A DNA stretch of 64,000 nt, from the NCBI GenBank assembly GCA_902544495.1, contig CACCCI010000002.1, positions 10,311-74,310 on the forward strand, written 5' to 3'. The translations under genes and the position numbers were made by a program. Positions 45,374-56,310 of this stretch are shown piece by piece. This DNA is from an uncultured Prochlorococcus sp. (GTDB lineage Bacteria > Cyanobacteriota > Cyanobacteriia > PCC-6307 > Cyanobiaceae). Under the pieces are notes generated by a model that was not told where the DNA came from, made no database searches, and saw nothing but the letters and a program-made list of their open reading frames with translations. Each line of letters opens with the position of its first letter. Within the stretch, counting starts at the first letter, position 1.

Positions 45374-46279
45374 TTATGAAATTAATTCAATATCTCTTAA
45401 GATCCAGAATCCTGCAAATTTTTCGATAAACGGCGTTGACTGGATGGAAATAAATTGATAACCAAAAGAATTTTTTTTATTCTCTAAAAACTTTGTATTC
45501 AAAATGTTTGCATCTTTTTCTGGTAAATCAGTTACCAGCCACTTATCATCTTCTGAAGCTTCAAGTATGAGTTGGTTTTTATTCACTACTAATTTAATAG
45601 GTTCTAAACAACTAAACCATGCAGAAAGTGCCAAAGATCTATCTTTGCTAAAAAGTCTTAATCCTGGAACTAAGTAATTGTCATCTAAATCTTGCAGAAT
45701 TGGGAAAATATCTCCAAATTCCATAGGCCAATTTTCTGCAGATTTTAATTCACCAATTGATATCTCTGAGATAGTTAAAGCATCACCCCTTACTGCTTCC
45801 GGTAGAGGGGTAGGAGGGTTTTCCATTTTAGAAGTAAAAGTAGGAGCTAATACACCTCTTACATAACCTTTTTCCTTTGGATAAATCTCTTTTTCAAGAA
45901 ATTCGATTCTATCTAATAAATTGTAAGTTCTCCTACTCACGATAGCCTCAATACTTAAGGCCTCCAGGGATCTCTTAATGATCGATTTCATTGACGACCT
46001 CCAGAATCGAACTATGGAAGGTTTCTCCCACCCTTGTTTTTTTGCTTCACTTATCGCTTCATTTAGTGCCTTTGTAAGCCACACTGCATTAACTTCATTA
46101 GCAGGGCACTTTTTATTCCAAAGAAAAACATCCTCTGTCTTATAACTTCTAGTAGAGCAAATAATTAATTCCCACCTTTTTTTTCCATTTGATTCAATAA
46201 TTGGTCTTGAGTAAAAGTCTAATTCCCAATCTGAAATTTTTAATTTAAGACTTGACTCCATTTTTCTATTAATGTTCAT
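45374..46279 (-). CDS. Tab2/Atab2 family RNA-binding protein
   Basis: WELDFYSRP...KKRWEL, SRRTY, FAGFW. Confidence 0.9.
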   Translation of the reverse strand: MNINRKMESSLKLKISDWELDFYSRPIIESNGKKRWELIICSTRSYKTEDVFLWNKKCPANEVNAVWLTKALNEAISEAKKQGWEKPSIVRFWRSSMKSIIKRSLEALSIEAIVSRRTYNLLDRIEFLEKEIYPKEKGYVRGVLAPTFTSKMENPPTPLPEAVRGDALTISEISIGELKSAENWPMEFGDIFPILQDLDDNYLVPGLRLFSKDRSLALSAWFSCLEPIKLVVNKNQLILEASEDDKWLVTDLPEKDANILNTKFLENKKNSFGYQFISIQSTPFIEKFAGFWILRDIELIS

Positions 46280-47481
46280 TTATCTTGTTCTTTTTTATCG
46301 AAGAGTGCTTTAGTTTTTAGTGCTCTCTCTGTGGCTTCTTGCATGACTTTTTGCTTATCAATAATTAATTCTCCCGCAGAGTTTTCTAGGAGTGCGGTAT
46401 TGAGACCAATACGGCCTTTTTCGAGGTCTATTTCAGATATTAAAGCTTTTATCATTTCTCCTTCTCTAAAAACTTCTCTTAAAGAACGAATCGATCCATT
46501 TGTTAGTGAGGATTGATGAAGAAGTCCACTAGCTCCACCTAAATCTATAAAGAAGCCATATGGTTTTACTGCTAATACTTCTCCTTCAATTAATTGACCT
46601 AGTTCTAAACTTGTAAGTTTAGAGACTAATGATGCTTTCTTTTCAGAGAGAACTAATTTTCTGGATTCTGGATTCACCTCAAGAAACGCTGCTTTTAGAG
46701 TTTTGCCAACAAAAGATTGATAATCTTGACCATCTTCAAGTTGGGATCTTGGGATGAATCCTCTTAATCCATCTACATCACACGTAAGTCCACCTCTGTT
46801 AAATCCATTAATTAAAACGTTAATTAATTCTCCATTTTTTGCAGAATTTGATACTTTCTCCCAACTTTGCCTGAGAATTAATGCCCGAGAGCTCACAGTT
46901 ACCATTCCATCAGCATTTTGTTCTTTAATAACCAAAACTTCCATTTCATGGCCTATAGAAAACTTTTCTTTAAAGTTAGTGACGACACCTAAACAACATT
47001 CTTTTTTGGGCATATATCCAGGTGCTTTTCCGCCAATGTCAACATATAGTCCATCACTTTCGATTGCTATAACCTTGCCTGAAATTGTTTCTCCTGTAGC
47101 CCCAATTGGCTCATTTGCATTTAAAGCCTCCAAAAAAGCACTTTCATCAAAATCGAATTCATCTACTGTTCTTTCTAATTGAAAATCTGTGTTTTGCTCA
47201 GAAAAATTAAGGGGTCTATTTAAGTCTTGTTGAGTTAAATTTTGTTGAGAAATATCAAAAACCTTTGTGTTTTCATTATTGTCCTCAATATTTTTAACTG
47301 AATCATTTTTAATGATTTGGGGTTTTATTGGTATATCTTCTTTTTTAATTTCTTCTTGCGAATTGGTATGCTCATTATCTATTTTTTGAGTATCTTTCTT
47401 GCTTATGTGAAGTACCTGAAGAGGTTTTTTATTGCCCTTTGGTTGGATATTATCTTGGGCATTTTTATTACTGGCTCCCAT
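46276..47481 (-). CDS. S1-domain RNA-binding protein (ribosomal protein S1 homologue B)
   Basis: Three S1 repeats (VDIGGKAPG, GLRGFIPRS, KPYGFFIDLGG); low-complexity N-terminus. Confidence 0.9.
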   Translation of the reverse strand: MGASNKNAQDNIQPKGNKKPLQVLHISKKDTQKIDNEHTNSQEEIKKEDIPIKPQIIKNDSVKNIEDNNENTKVFDISQQNLTQQDLNRPLNFSEQNTDFQLERTVDEFDFDESAFLEALNANEPIGATGETISGKVIAIESDGLYVDIGGKAPGYMPKKECCLGVVTNFKEKFSIGHEMEVLVIKEQNADGMVTVSSRALILRQSWEKVSNSAKNGELINVLINGFNRGGLTCDVDGLRGFIPRSQLEDGQDYQSFVGKTLKAAFLEVNPESRKLVLSEKKASLVSKLTSLELGQLIEGEVLAVKPYGFFIDLGGASGLLHQSSLTNGSIRSLREVFREGEMIKALISEIDLEKGRIGLNTALLENSAGELIIDKQKVMQEATERALKTKALFDKKEQDK

Positions 47482-47547
47482 CGTAGGTAAAATAAGAATA
47501 ATTAGTTATTAACATACTCTAAATGTTAGTACTCAAAATTAAAATTA

Positions 47548-48342
47548 ATGAACTTTAAACCAATACCTAATAAATTTGAATATTTAAATTGGCAAGAAAT
47601 TGAGTGTGTTGCAAAAAACAAAAGATCAACAGTCATTTGGCCATTCGGTGCTGTTGAGCAACATGGACCGCATTTGCCTCTTGCTACAGACAGTATTTTT
47701 GTTGATGAAATTATTAGCGAAGTTTTTAAATTACTCCCTGCTGATATTCCATTAAAAAAACTCCCAACCCAATATATTGGTTTTTCTCCAGAACATAAGG
47801 GTTTTGCTGGGACAATTTCACTTTCCTCAAATTTAATAACCTCAATGATAAAGGAAGTCGGAGGTCAATTATCTGAAATGGGTTTTAAAAGATTGATATT
47901 AATTAATGGACATGGAGGTCAAATTTCACTATTAAATACAGCTGCAAGGGAGCTAAGAAGTTTCGCACCAGAGATGGCAGTTTTCCCTTGTTTTTTATGG
48001 AGTGGTGTGAATGGATTTAGTGAATTGTTAACAAAAACTGAGATTGAGGATGGGCTTCATGCCTCTTTAGCTGAAACAAGTTTGATGCTGGCTTTGAAAC
48101 CAGAATTAGTAGGTGATGAACGCCCAAATGAGGGTAATAAATTAGAGATCCCTGAAGGTTGGAGTCTAGAGGGCAATGCGCCTACTGCTTGGCTTACTGA
48201 CGACTTCAGTAAATCAGGTGTTATTGGAGATAGCAGAGGAGCAAATGAGTCTTTAGGGAAAAATTTAAAGGAATTATTGATTAATCATTGGTTCAAATTG
48301 ATTATGAATCTGATGCAATCAGATTGGCCAAACAATTCTTAA
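47548..48342 (+). CDS. Creatininase family protein
   Basis: GAVEQHGPHLP..TD, SPEH, NGHGG, HA..ETS. Confidence 0.92.
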   Translation: MNFKPIPNKFEYLNWQEIECVAKNKRSTVIWPFGAVEQHGPHLPLATDSIFVDEIISEVFKLLPADIPLKKLPTQYIGFSPEHKGFAGTISLSSNLITSMIKEVGGQLSEMGFKRLILINGHGGQISLLNTAARELRSFAPEMAVFPCFLWSGVNGFSELLTKTEIEDGLHASLAETSLMLALKPELVGDERPNEGNKLEIPEGWSLEGNAPTAWLTDDFSKSGVIGDSRGANESLGKNLKELLINHWFKLIMNLMQSDWPNNS

Positions 48343-48453
48343 ATAAATTTAAGTAAAAAATGTGACTTAACAATTGAAACTATTTTCATGATATTTAAAT
48401 AAACTCTCTATAATCATGTAATATTCATGCATAATGAGCAAAAGATCACCGAC

Positions 48454-49182
48454 ATGCAAACTCTAGAATCAAATACAAAAACTATCGAAGAATCGGCTAA
48501 TCCGATTTCTTTAGATTTGCCCGACTTCACTACGGATTCTTACAAGGATGCATATAGCAGAATAAATGCAATTGTTATAGAGGGAGAGCAAGAAGCTCAT
48601 GATAATTACATTTCAATAGCAACTTTAATTCCAAATGAGATAGAGGAGTTAACTAAATTGGCGAGAATGGAGATGAAGCATAAAAAAGGCTTTACTGCAT
48701 GTGGAAGAAATTTAGGTGTAGTAGCTGATATGGAATTTGCCAAAAAATTCTTTTCTAAATTACATGGTAATTTCCAAGTTGCTCTTAAAAAAGGAAATTT
48801 AACAACATGTCTTTTAATACAAGCCATCTTAATTGAAGCATTTGCAATTTCTGCTTATAACGTCTATATAAGAGTTGCTGATCCTTTTGCAAAAAAAATA
48901 ACAGAGGGAGTAGTTAAAGATGAATATCTTCATTTAAATTATGGTCAAGAGTGGCTTAAAGAGAATCTATCTACTTGTAAAGAGGAATTAATGGAAGCTA
49001 ATAAGGTTAATCTTCCGTTAATTAAAAAGATGTTAGATGAAGTAGCAGATGATGCATCAGTATTAGCTATGGACAGAGAAGAATTAATGGAAGAATTTAT
49101 GATTGCTTATCAAGATACGTTGATGGAAATAGGATTAGATAATAGAGAAATTGCAAGAATGGCTATGGCAGCTATCGTCTAA
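48454..49182 (+). CDS. ado: Aldehyde-deformylating oxygenase (alternative start 48427)
   Basis: YKDAYSRINAIVIEGEQEAH, EMKH, DEYLH diiron ligands. Confidence 0.96.
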   Translation: MQTLESNTKTIEESANPISLDLPDFTTDSYKDAYSRINAIVIEGEQEAHDNYISIATLIPNEIEELTKLARMEMKHKKGFTACGRNLGVVADMEFAKKFFSKLHGNFQVALKKGNLTTCLLIQAILIEAFAISAYNVYIRVADPFAKKITEGVVKDEYLHLNYGQEWLKENLSTCKEELMEANKVNLPLIKKMLDEVADDASVLAMDREELMEEFMIAYQDTLMEIGLDNREIARMAMAAIV

Positions 49183-49290
49183 ATACATTTCTTATTAATT
49201 AAGGATTTTAATAATCAATCAATCCTATTTAAGTTGTTACCTCTGTGCTATTGTTCATAACATCGTATAGAAACCATTTATAAATTTTAA

Positions 49291-50331
49291 ATGTTTGGGT
49301 TAATAGGCCACTCAACCAGTTTTGAAGATGCAAAAAGAAAGGCTTCGATGCTAGGCTTTGATCATATTGCTGATGGCGACTTGGATGTTTGGTGTACTGC
49401 TCCTCCTCAGCTTGTTGAAAATGTAGAAGTCAAGAGTGCTACTGGAATATCTATTGAAGGTTCTTATATAGACTCATGCTTTGTTCCTGAAATGCTTTCT
49501 AGGTTTAAAACGGCTAGAAGAAAAGTACTAAATGCTATGGAACTAGCTCAGAAAAAAGGGATTAACATTACTGCTCTAGGAGGATTTACGTCTATTATTT
49601 TTGAGAATTTTAATCTTCTACAGCATAAACAAATTAGAAATACTTCATTAGAGTGGGAAAGGTTTACTACTGGCAACACTCATACCGCCTGGGTTATTTG
49701 TAAGCAACTAGAAATAAATGCGCCTCGCATTGGGATAGACCTTAAAAAAGCAACTGTTGCTGTAATTGGTGCTACAGGTGATATTGGTAGTGCTGTTTGT
49801 AGATGGCTTATTAATAAAACTGGGATTTCAGAACTTCTTATGGTAGCAAGACAACAAGAACCATTAGCTCTGTTACAAAAAGAATTAGATGGTGGCACCG
49901 TAGCTAGCTTAAATGAGGCATTGCCTAAGGCGGATATTGTTGTATGGGTTGCAAGTATGCCTAAAACTATTGAAATTGATACAGATAACTTAAAAAAACC
50001 ATGCTTAATGATTGATGGCGGATACCCCAAAAATCTTGATGAGAAATTTCAGGGCGATAATTTGCATGTTTTAAAAGGAGGTATAGTAGAGTTTTTCAAT
50101 GATATTGGTTGGAATATGATGGAACTTGCGGAAATGCAAAACCCTCAGCGAGAGATGTTTGCTTGCTTCGCAGAAGCTATGATTTTAGAATTTGAAAAGT
50201 GTCATACAAACTTTAGTTGGGGAAGAAATAACATTTCCCTTGAAAAGATGGAATTTATTGGAGCAGCATCTTTAAAGCATGGTTTTTCTGCGATTGGACT
50301 TGATAAGCAGCCTAAAGTATTAACTGTTTGA
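49291..50331 (+). CDS. aar: Long-chain acyl-ACP reductase
   Basis: [30 protein letters not shown]; follows ado. Confidence 0.96.
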   Translation: MFGLIGHSTSFEDAKRKASMLGFDHIADGDLDVWCTAPPQLVENVEVKSATGISIEGSYIDSCFVPEMLSRFKTARRKVLNAMELAQKKGINITALGGFTSIIFENFNLLQHKQIRNTSLEWERFTTGNTHTAWVICKQLEINAPRIGIDLKKATVAVIGATGDIGSAVCRWLINKTGISELLMVARQQEPLALLQKELDGGTVASLNEALPKADIVVWVASMPKTIEIDTDNLKKPCLMIDGGYPKNLDEKFQGDNLHVLKGGIVEFFNDIGWNMMELAEMQNPQREMFACFAEAMILEFEKCHTNFSWGRNNISLEKMEFIGAASLKHGFSAIGLDKQPKVLTV

Positions 50332-50334
50332 ATT

Positions 50335-51342
50335 ATGGCTAAACGTTACCTTCTTGATTTTGAAAAGCCTCTTGTTGAACTTGAGAAGCAGATAGAACAA
50401 ATTAAAGAATTAGCTCGAGATTCAGAAGTAGATGTTAGTCAACAGCTTCTGCAGCTTGAAACCTTGGCTGCTAGGAGAAGAGAAGAAATATTTAAATCTC
50501 TCACCCCTGCTCAAAAGATTCAGGTTGCTAGACATCCTCAAAGACCTAGTACTTTGGATTTTGTTCAAATGTTTTGTGATGACTGGATCGAATTACATGG
50601 AGACAGAAATGGTGGCGATGATATGGCACTAATTGGGGGGATAGGTTCTATAAATAATAGACCAGTTTTGATGTTAGGACATCAGAAAGGAAGGGACACA
50701 AAAGAAAATGTAGTAAGAAACTTTGGGATGGCAAAACCAGGAGGTTACAGAAAAGCTCTTAGATTAATGCAACATGCAAATAGATTTTCGTTGCCAATTC
50801 TTACATTTATTGATACTCCTGGAGCTTATGCTGGTTTAAAAGCTGAAGAACAAGGTCAAGGTGAAGCAATTGCAAGAAACCTTCGAGAAATGTTTGGATT
50901 GAAAGTTCCAATTGTGGCTACTGTCATTGGAGAAGGAGGTTCTGGAGGAGCACTTGGAATAGGTGTCGCCGATAGGTTACTAATGTTTGAACACAGCGTT
51001 TACACAGTTGCTAGTCCGGAAGCATGTGCATCAATTTTGTGGAGAGATGCTGCGAAGGCACCAGAAGCTGCATCAGCACTTAAAATCACAGGTAAAGATT
51101 TACTTAAATTAGGTATAATAGATGAGGTATTACCAGAGCCTTCTGGTGGGAATAACTGGGCTCCTTTAGATGCTGGTAACACACTAAAAGAGGCTATTGA
51201 GAAACACCTTAATGCTTTACTGCAAATGCCTGAAGACGAATTAATTGAGGAAAGATACAAAAAGTTTAGGATATTAGGTAAATTTATCGAAGCAAATAAT
51301 ATTGAGGAGATTTATAGTGAAATCCCCCAAAAAACTGAATAA
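50335..51342 (+). CDS. accA: Acetyl-CoA carboxylase carboxyltransferase alpha subunit
   Basis: [29 protein letters not shown]. Confidence 0.97.
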   Translation: MAKRYLLDFEKPLVELEKQIEQIKELARDSEVDVSQQLLQLETLAARRREEIFKSLTPAQKIQVARHPQRPSTLDFVQMFCDDWIELHGDRNGGDDMALIGGIGSINNRPVLMLGHQKGRDTKENVVRNFGMAKPGGYRKALRLMQHANRFSLPILTFIDTPGAYAGLKAEEQGQGEAIARNLREMFGLKVPIVATVIGEGGSGGALGIGVADRLLMFEHSVYTVASPEACASILWRDAAKAPEAASALKITGKDLLKLGIIDEVLPEPSGGNNWAPLDAGNTLKEAIEKHLNALLQMPEDELIEERYKKFRILGKFIEANNIEEIYSEIPQKTE

Positions 51343-52051
51343 CTTGAAACTAGCTTTTATAACGGGTGCTACGAAAGGTATTGGTAGATCTACGGCAATT
51401 ACTTTTGCCAATGCTGGCTGGGATTTAATTTTACTCTCCAGGAATATGGATTTAATGGAGAAACTAAAGAGTGAACTGTTGACCACTAAATCAATAATTA
51501 ACCTAGTAAAATGTGACCTATCTAATCCTCTAGAAATAAAGCATTGTGTTAAAGAGGCAATTGAGAAGTATGGGTGCCCTTCAGTATTGATAAATAATGC
51601 CGGTTGCGCATTTAATGGCTCTTTAGTTGAAATGGAATTAGGTCAATGGGATCAAACTATTCAAATAAACCTCACAAGTGTTTTTCAAATTTGTAGTTCA
51701 ATAATTCCTCAAATGAGAAAAAATGGTGGTTTAGTTATTAATGTTAGTAGTCATGCCTCTAATAATGCTTTCCCCCAATGGGGAGCTTATTGTGTTTCAA
51801 AATCTGCACTAGCTATGTTTACTAAATGCTTGAGGGAGGAGGAGAGATCTAATTCAATAAGAGCGTGCACAATAACTCTTGGTTCAGTAAATACTCCTCT
51901 TTGGGACTCCGAATCAATCAATTCTGATTTTGATAGAACTTCTATGCTCTCTTCAAAAGAGGTATCAGAAACTATTCTCTACATGGCTCAAAAACCTGAA
52001 TCACAATTGATCGAAGACTTGACTTTGATGCCTTCTGGGGGAGCCTTTTAA
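51317..52051 (+). CDS. Short-chain dehydrogenase/reductase (start GTG 51317 or TTG 51344)
   Basis: [17 protein letters not shown]. Confidence 0.9.
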   Translation: MKSPKKLNNLKLAFITGATKGIGRSTAITFANAGWDLILLSRNMDLMEKLKSELLTTKSIINLVKCDLSNPLEIKHCVKEAIEKYGCPSVLINNAGCAFNGSLVEMELGQWDQTIQINLTSVFQICSSIIPQMRKNGGLVINVSSHASNNAFPQWGAYCVSKSALAMFTKCLREEERSNSIRACTITLGSVNTPLWDSESINSDFDRTSMLSSKEVSETILYMAQKPESQLIEDLTLMPSGGAF

Positions 52052-52203
52052 ATATTCTGTTAATCTGATAAACCTTAAAACAGTGATTTTTTAAGTGCTA
52101 TTTGAACCCGATTGAACAAGAGAATGTGATATAGTATATAAGCAATTAAGCTTTTAGAAGATACAGTTAATTAAGTTGCCTACAATTTTCTGTTAAGAAT
52201 TTT

Positions 52204-52944
52204 ATGACCTCTACATTACCCAACGATAATATTAGAAACTTTGACGACCAGATTACTAATAAACTAATTTCTGAAATTATAAGAGACAGAATTAAGAGTT
52301 CTGGTAAAAGATTTAGTGCTAACGACAATATTTCTGATTTTATAAATCCTGGAGAATTAGAAATTTTAGAAAAAGAAATAGCCTCAAGAGTTAAAGACTT
52401 ACTAAAGTCCCTCGTAATTGATGTTGAGAATGATCATAATACTCAAGAAACTGCTGAAAGAGTTTCAAAAATGTATCTCAATGAAGTTTTTAAAGGCAGA
52501 TATCATGAACAACCTAAAGTTACAAGTTTCCCTAATGACAAGAATCTCGATGAAATTTATACAGTCGGCCCAATCTCGGTAAGATCTGCATGTTCTCATC
52601 ACTTAGTTCCAATTCTTGGAGAGTGTTGGATAGGTATTAAACCTGGAAATAAAGTCATAGGACTTTCAAAATTCGCTAGAGTTGCTGATTGGGTTTTTTC
52701 AAGACCTCATATTCAAGAAGAAGCTGTAATGATCCTTGCAGATGAAATAGAAAAATTGTGTGAACCAAAAGGTTTAGGCATTATTGTTAAGGCCCAACAT
52801 TATTGTATGAAGTGGAGAGGAGTCAAAGAACCAAATACTAGCATGATCAATTCTGTGGTCAGAGGCGATTTTAGACACGATTTAAGTTTAAAACAAGAAT
52901 TCTTTGAGCTTGTAAAACAGCAGTCTGCTACTAATAATTACTAA
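52204..52944 (+). CDS. folE: GTP cyclohydrolase I
   Basis: CSHH, GLSK, QE, HYCMKWRG. Confidence 0.95.
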   Translation: MTSTLPNDNIRNFDDQITNKLISEIIRDRIKSSGKRFSANDNISDFINPGELEILEKEIASRVKDLLKSLVIDVENDHNTQETAERVSKMYLNEVFKGRYHEQPKVTSFPNDKNLDEIYTVGPISVRSACSHHLVPILGECWIGIKPGNKVIGLSKFARVADWVFSRPHIQEEAVMILADEIEKLCEPKGLGIIVKAQHYCMKWRGVKEPNTSMINSVVRGDFRHDLSLKQEFFELVKQQSATNNY

Positions 52945-53597
52945 TTTCTTTTTAAAAAATTAAAAAGATCTTCTGTTTTTTTTATATCTTTTAAACCGGG
53001 AGAAATTTCAATACTACTTGAAATATCTAGTCCATCGGGTTTGATATCTTTAAAGATTTCATCAATCCATTCAATTGATATTCCACCTGCTAACCACCAA
53101 GGTTTGCTAAATTGGAGATTCTTTAAATAGGTAGATTTTATTTTTTTCCCTGAACCTCCATAAGTTTCTTTATTCCAAGAATCAAGTAGGATAGCATCAA
53201 CAAAATCCTCAAAAGGCTTTATTTTATCTATATCCTTTCCCGTTTTTATTCTGAAAGCCTTCCATAGACCAATATTAGGAATTTTTTCCCTTATTTTTTT
53301 GCAGTAATCAATATCTTCATCTCCATGTAATTGAATGATAGTTTCACTCGGACTTCCTAAGAAATTTTTAATAATTAACTCTATTGGACAATTTTGTACA
53401 ACTGATACCCTCTCGATTTTTGGATGAAACTTTTCTAGAGTTTTAAAAATTTTTTTCTTATTTTCAGCTGATATGTATCTTGGTGAGTTTTCCACTGAAA
53501 TAATGCCGATAGCATTTGCTCCTAATTTTGCGACTTGAAGAGCTTGTTCTTCTGAAGTTAGGCCACAAATTTTAATTAAGGTATTAGTCTTGGGCAT
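52941..53597 (-). CDS. trpF: Phosphoribosylanthranilate isomerase
   Basis: KICGLT, QLHGDE, LLDS, GGSG, LAGG. Confidence 0.95.
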   Translation of the reverse strand: MPKTNTLIKICGLTSEEQALQVAKLGANAIGIISVENSPRYISAENKKKIFKTLEKFHPKIERVSVVQNCPIELIIKNFLGSPSETIIQLHGDEDIDYCKKIREKIPNIGLWKAFRIKTGKDIDKIKPFEDFVDAILLDSWNKETYGGSGKKIKSTYLKNLQFSKPWWLAGGISIEWIDEIFKDIKPDGLDISSSIEISPGLKDIKKTEDLFNFLKRN

Positions 53598-53653
53598 ATA
53601 ATTATTCTGATATGTAAGATTAATATTATTAATAAATATAGCGGAGATTATTT

Positions 53654-54877
53654 TTGAGAAGTTGGCAAATTTTTAAAATATGGGGAATCCCCTTTAAAGT
53701 CCATCCTTATTGGTTTGCTGTTCTTTTTTTATTCTCATGGAGTATAAGTAATCAGGTTAATTTAACTTCTAGTGATATTTATAATATTAAAGAATCTTGG
53801 ATTATAGGATTTTTAACTTCTTTTTTCTTATTATCTTCAATTATTTTTCATGAGGTTTTTCATACTTTTGTTTCGCTTAATCAGGGTGTAAAAATAAAAA
53901 AAATTACTTTTTATTTTCTAGGAGCAATTTTACAAATAGATAAGTATTGTCAAACTGCTTTAGGTAATATAAAAATTGCAATTGTTAGACCTCTTTTATG
54001 TTTCGCTACAGCATCTATCCTACTTTTAATTAGTAATATCAGTCCATCTCAAGAACAAATAGCCTTTAATATAATTTCAAGAGTAGGTATATTTAATTTA
54101 TTCTTAGGTTTCTTAAATTTGATTCCAATTGGCTCTTTAGATGGGGGAAATTTACTAAAAAGCATTGTTTGGTATTTTTCAGGAAGTAAAAATAAAGGAA
54201 GAAATTTCCTTAATAAAGTAAATTTATTATTATCTTTTTGTGTTTTATTTTTTGGGATAGTTTGTTTATTTAAATTTAACTTTTACTTTGGCTTTATTCT
54301 TTCGTTTTTGGGCTTGTTTGGAGTTAATTCTTCAAAATCTGAAAGTCAATTTTTTAAAATTGAAAACATACTTAAATTTAGTAAAGTTTCCGAGATCACA
54401 TTAAAGCCTTTGAGGAAAATTGAATATGATTCGAATTTCTCAGAATTTAATAAATTAATAAAATATAAAAAGGATGCATCGGATAAATATTTTTTTGTTA
54501 CGAATAATGGTAGATGGACCGGTTTTGTTGATGAAAATATTTTAAAAACTGTTTCCTTAAAAAAATGGGAGCGAAACTTTGTTGGAGATTTTAAGAAACC
54601 AATCAATAGTTTTGAAAGTGTATCTTATAACGATAAATTATGGAGAACTATAGAAAGAATTGAAGAAACAAATGAAGGTTTTTTGTTGGTTCTCAATGCT
54701 GCAGATATCCCTTTGGGGATAATTGATAGGTCAAAAATTGGAAACTTTGTATTGAATAAATTAGGTTTTAATTTACCTTCAGAGATTGTCAATAAATTAA
54801 ATTTTAAAAATCATTATCCCTTAGGAATTGAATTGCCAAGAATAATTAATTCAATGAAGCAGAAAGGAGATCTTTAA
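53654..54877 (+). CDS. Site-2 protease (M50) family protein
   Basis: HEVFH, NLIPIGSLDGG, CBS-like C-terminus. Confidence 0.85.
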   Translation: MRSWQIFKIWGIPFKVHPYWFAVLFLFSWSISNQVNLTSSDIYNIKESWIIGFLTSFFLLSSIIFHEVFHTFVSLNQGVKIKKITFYFLGAILQIDKYCQTALGNIKIAIVRPLLCFATASILLLISNISPSQEQIAFNIISRVGIFNLFLGFLNLIPIGSLDGGNLLKSIVWYFSGSKNKGRNFLNKVNLLLSFCVLFFGIVCLFKFNFYFGFILSFLGLFGVNSSKSESQFFKIENILKFSKVSEITLKPLRKIEYDSNFSEFNKLIKYKKDASDKYFFVTNNGRWTGFVDENILKTVSLKKWERNFVGDFKKPINSFESVSYNDKLWRTIERIEETNEGFLLVLNAADIPLGIIDRSKIGNFVLNKLGFNLPSEIVNKLNFKNHYPLGIELPRIINSMKQKGDL

Positions 54878-54899
54878 TAATTCATGTCATAAAAATTTT

Positions 54900-55625
54900 C
54901 TATTTTTTATCTATGGCAATATTTTTGAAATTTATATTTGATTTATTTCTCTGGAATGAATTCCTCAAATGGTGAACTATTTCGTCATTTGTTAGTTTTA
55001 AATTTACTTTTGGTGGGGCTTCTTCTTTGAATAATTTGAACCATAAATCTCTTGAAGGGTTCGTTTGAATCTCTCCATGTTGGAGGAATGCACCTTTTTT
55101 ACGAAATTGGGCACTACCTATTCTCTTAAAACCATCTTTATCAACTAAATCAGAAACTAATGAAGTCCCAAAACAATTTGTTCTAATGCTTGATTTTCGT
55201 AAATTACCATATTGTAAGTTTAGACCTAATTCTCCAAAACTTTTGATTAACCAATTATTAACCAATTCATAACTTAAGACTTTATAGTAAGTTTTTTTAA
55301 ATGTTAACGCATATGTTATCCCTCCTGAATGCAAAACAGCACCCCCTCCAGAGGGACGTCTAACAATATTAATTTCCCCATTAGATAATAAATTTTTCCA
55401 ATGAAGAGGAAGTTCCTTTTGGTGATAGCCAATTGAAAGCCAATCCCCAGTCCAATAGTAGAATCTTAATGTGAGAATTATTTCAGGATTCGAAATAGTC
55501 TGATCTAAAGAATTTAAATCTAAAGCCATTTGATCAAATCCAGGTAAATTATTTGTCGCAAAAATTAAACCCTTTTTTTCTATTCCCAAAATTAATCTTG
55601 TAGATTTATTTATGATAATTTTCAA
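54900..55625 (-). CDS. Lipoate-protein ligase A family protein
   Basis: [31 protein letters not shown]. Confidence 0.88.
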   Translation of the reverse strand: MKIIINKSTRLILGIEKKGLIFATNNLPGFDQMALDLNSLDQTISNPEIILTLRFYYWTGDWLSIGYHQKELPLHWKNLLSNGEINIVRRPSGGGAVLHSGGITYALTFKKTYYKVLSYELVNNWLIKSFGELGLNLQYGNLRKSSIRTNCFGTSLVSDLVDKDGFKRIGSAQFRKKGAFLQHGEIQTNPSRDLWFKLFKEEAPPKVNLKLTNDEIVHHLRNSFQRNKSNINFKNIAIDKK

Positions 55626-55726
55626 TAAATTTTTTCTTTCAATTTGTTAATTACGTAACATCATTTTGTAATAGTGTTTCAAATCTCCTCTTTTCGGTGG
55701 AGAATATAAGAAATATTTTTTTAACC

Positions 55727-55831
55727 ATGGAGCCTACTCAAACAATAAATCTAATTGCATTAAGCCTCATAGTCGTTATGCATGCTGGAGTGTTAGCACT
55801 AAGACTAGGAATTAGTTTAGGTAGGAATTAA
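55727..55831 (+). CDS. psaM: Photosystem I subunit XII (34 aa, absent from ORF track)
   Basis: Hand translation [34 protein letters not shown]; ALRLG motif. Confidence 0.9.
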   Translation: MEPTQTINLIALSLIVVMHAGVLALRLGISLGRN

Positions 55832-55914
55832 GATCTATTAGAAAAATTTAATTTATAAGGTAATAATATAAGAAGACTGAATTAGTTTATTCAGCAAAAT
55901 ATCAAGTTTTAAAT

Positions 55915-56262
55915 TTGACAAAATCTTTTTATAAAAATAGTATTTCGTACAAAAAATATCTTGGGCCTGTTTTTATAAAAAAACAACGGCAACAAGACAA
56001 TTTTGTATTTTTAATTTTGTTAATTATAAAAATTTGCTTTACCCTTTTAGCAATGATAAGCCTAATTAAACTTGGTTATAGCTCTAAAGTAAGATTGACC
56101 AGATTAAGGGAAATTCAAGACTCATTCTCATACGAAAAATATCGATTTAATGTTTTAACAAATAAGTTTGATGATTTATTTTCTTCCGAAGGTGAGCAAA
56201 GATTTATGAAGGATCAGGATCAAATAATTTCTAGGGACATTATCAGAGTAATATGGCGTTGA
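55915..56262 (+). CDS. Hypothetical bitopic membrane protein (FtsB/DivIC-like architecture)
   Basis: TM helix, coiled-coil-like segment, short C-terminal beta-like tail. Confidence 0.6.
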   Translation: MTKSFYKNSISYKKYLGPVFIKKQRQQDNFVFLILLIIKICFTLLAMISLIKLGYSSKVRLTRLREIQDSFSYEKYRFNVLTNKFDDLFSSEGEQRFMKDQDQIISRDIIRVIWR

Positions 56263-56310
56263 TAAGGATGATCTTGAATCATTCTGTTTTTTATTTTTCA
56301 ATTAACTTTT

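Noticed and set aside
48454-52944. ado-aar-accA-SDR-folE cluster as a novel pathway
   Set aside because: Well-known cyanobacterial alkane biosynthesis locus
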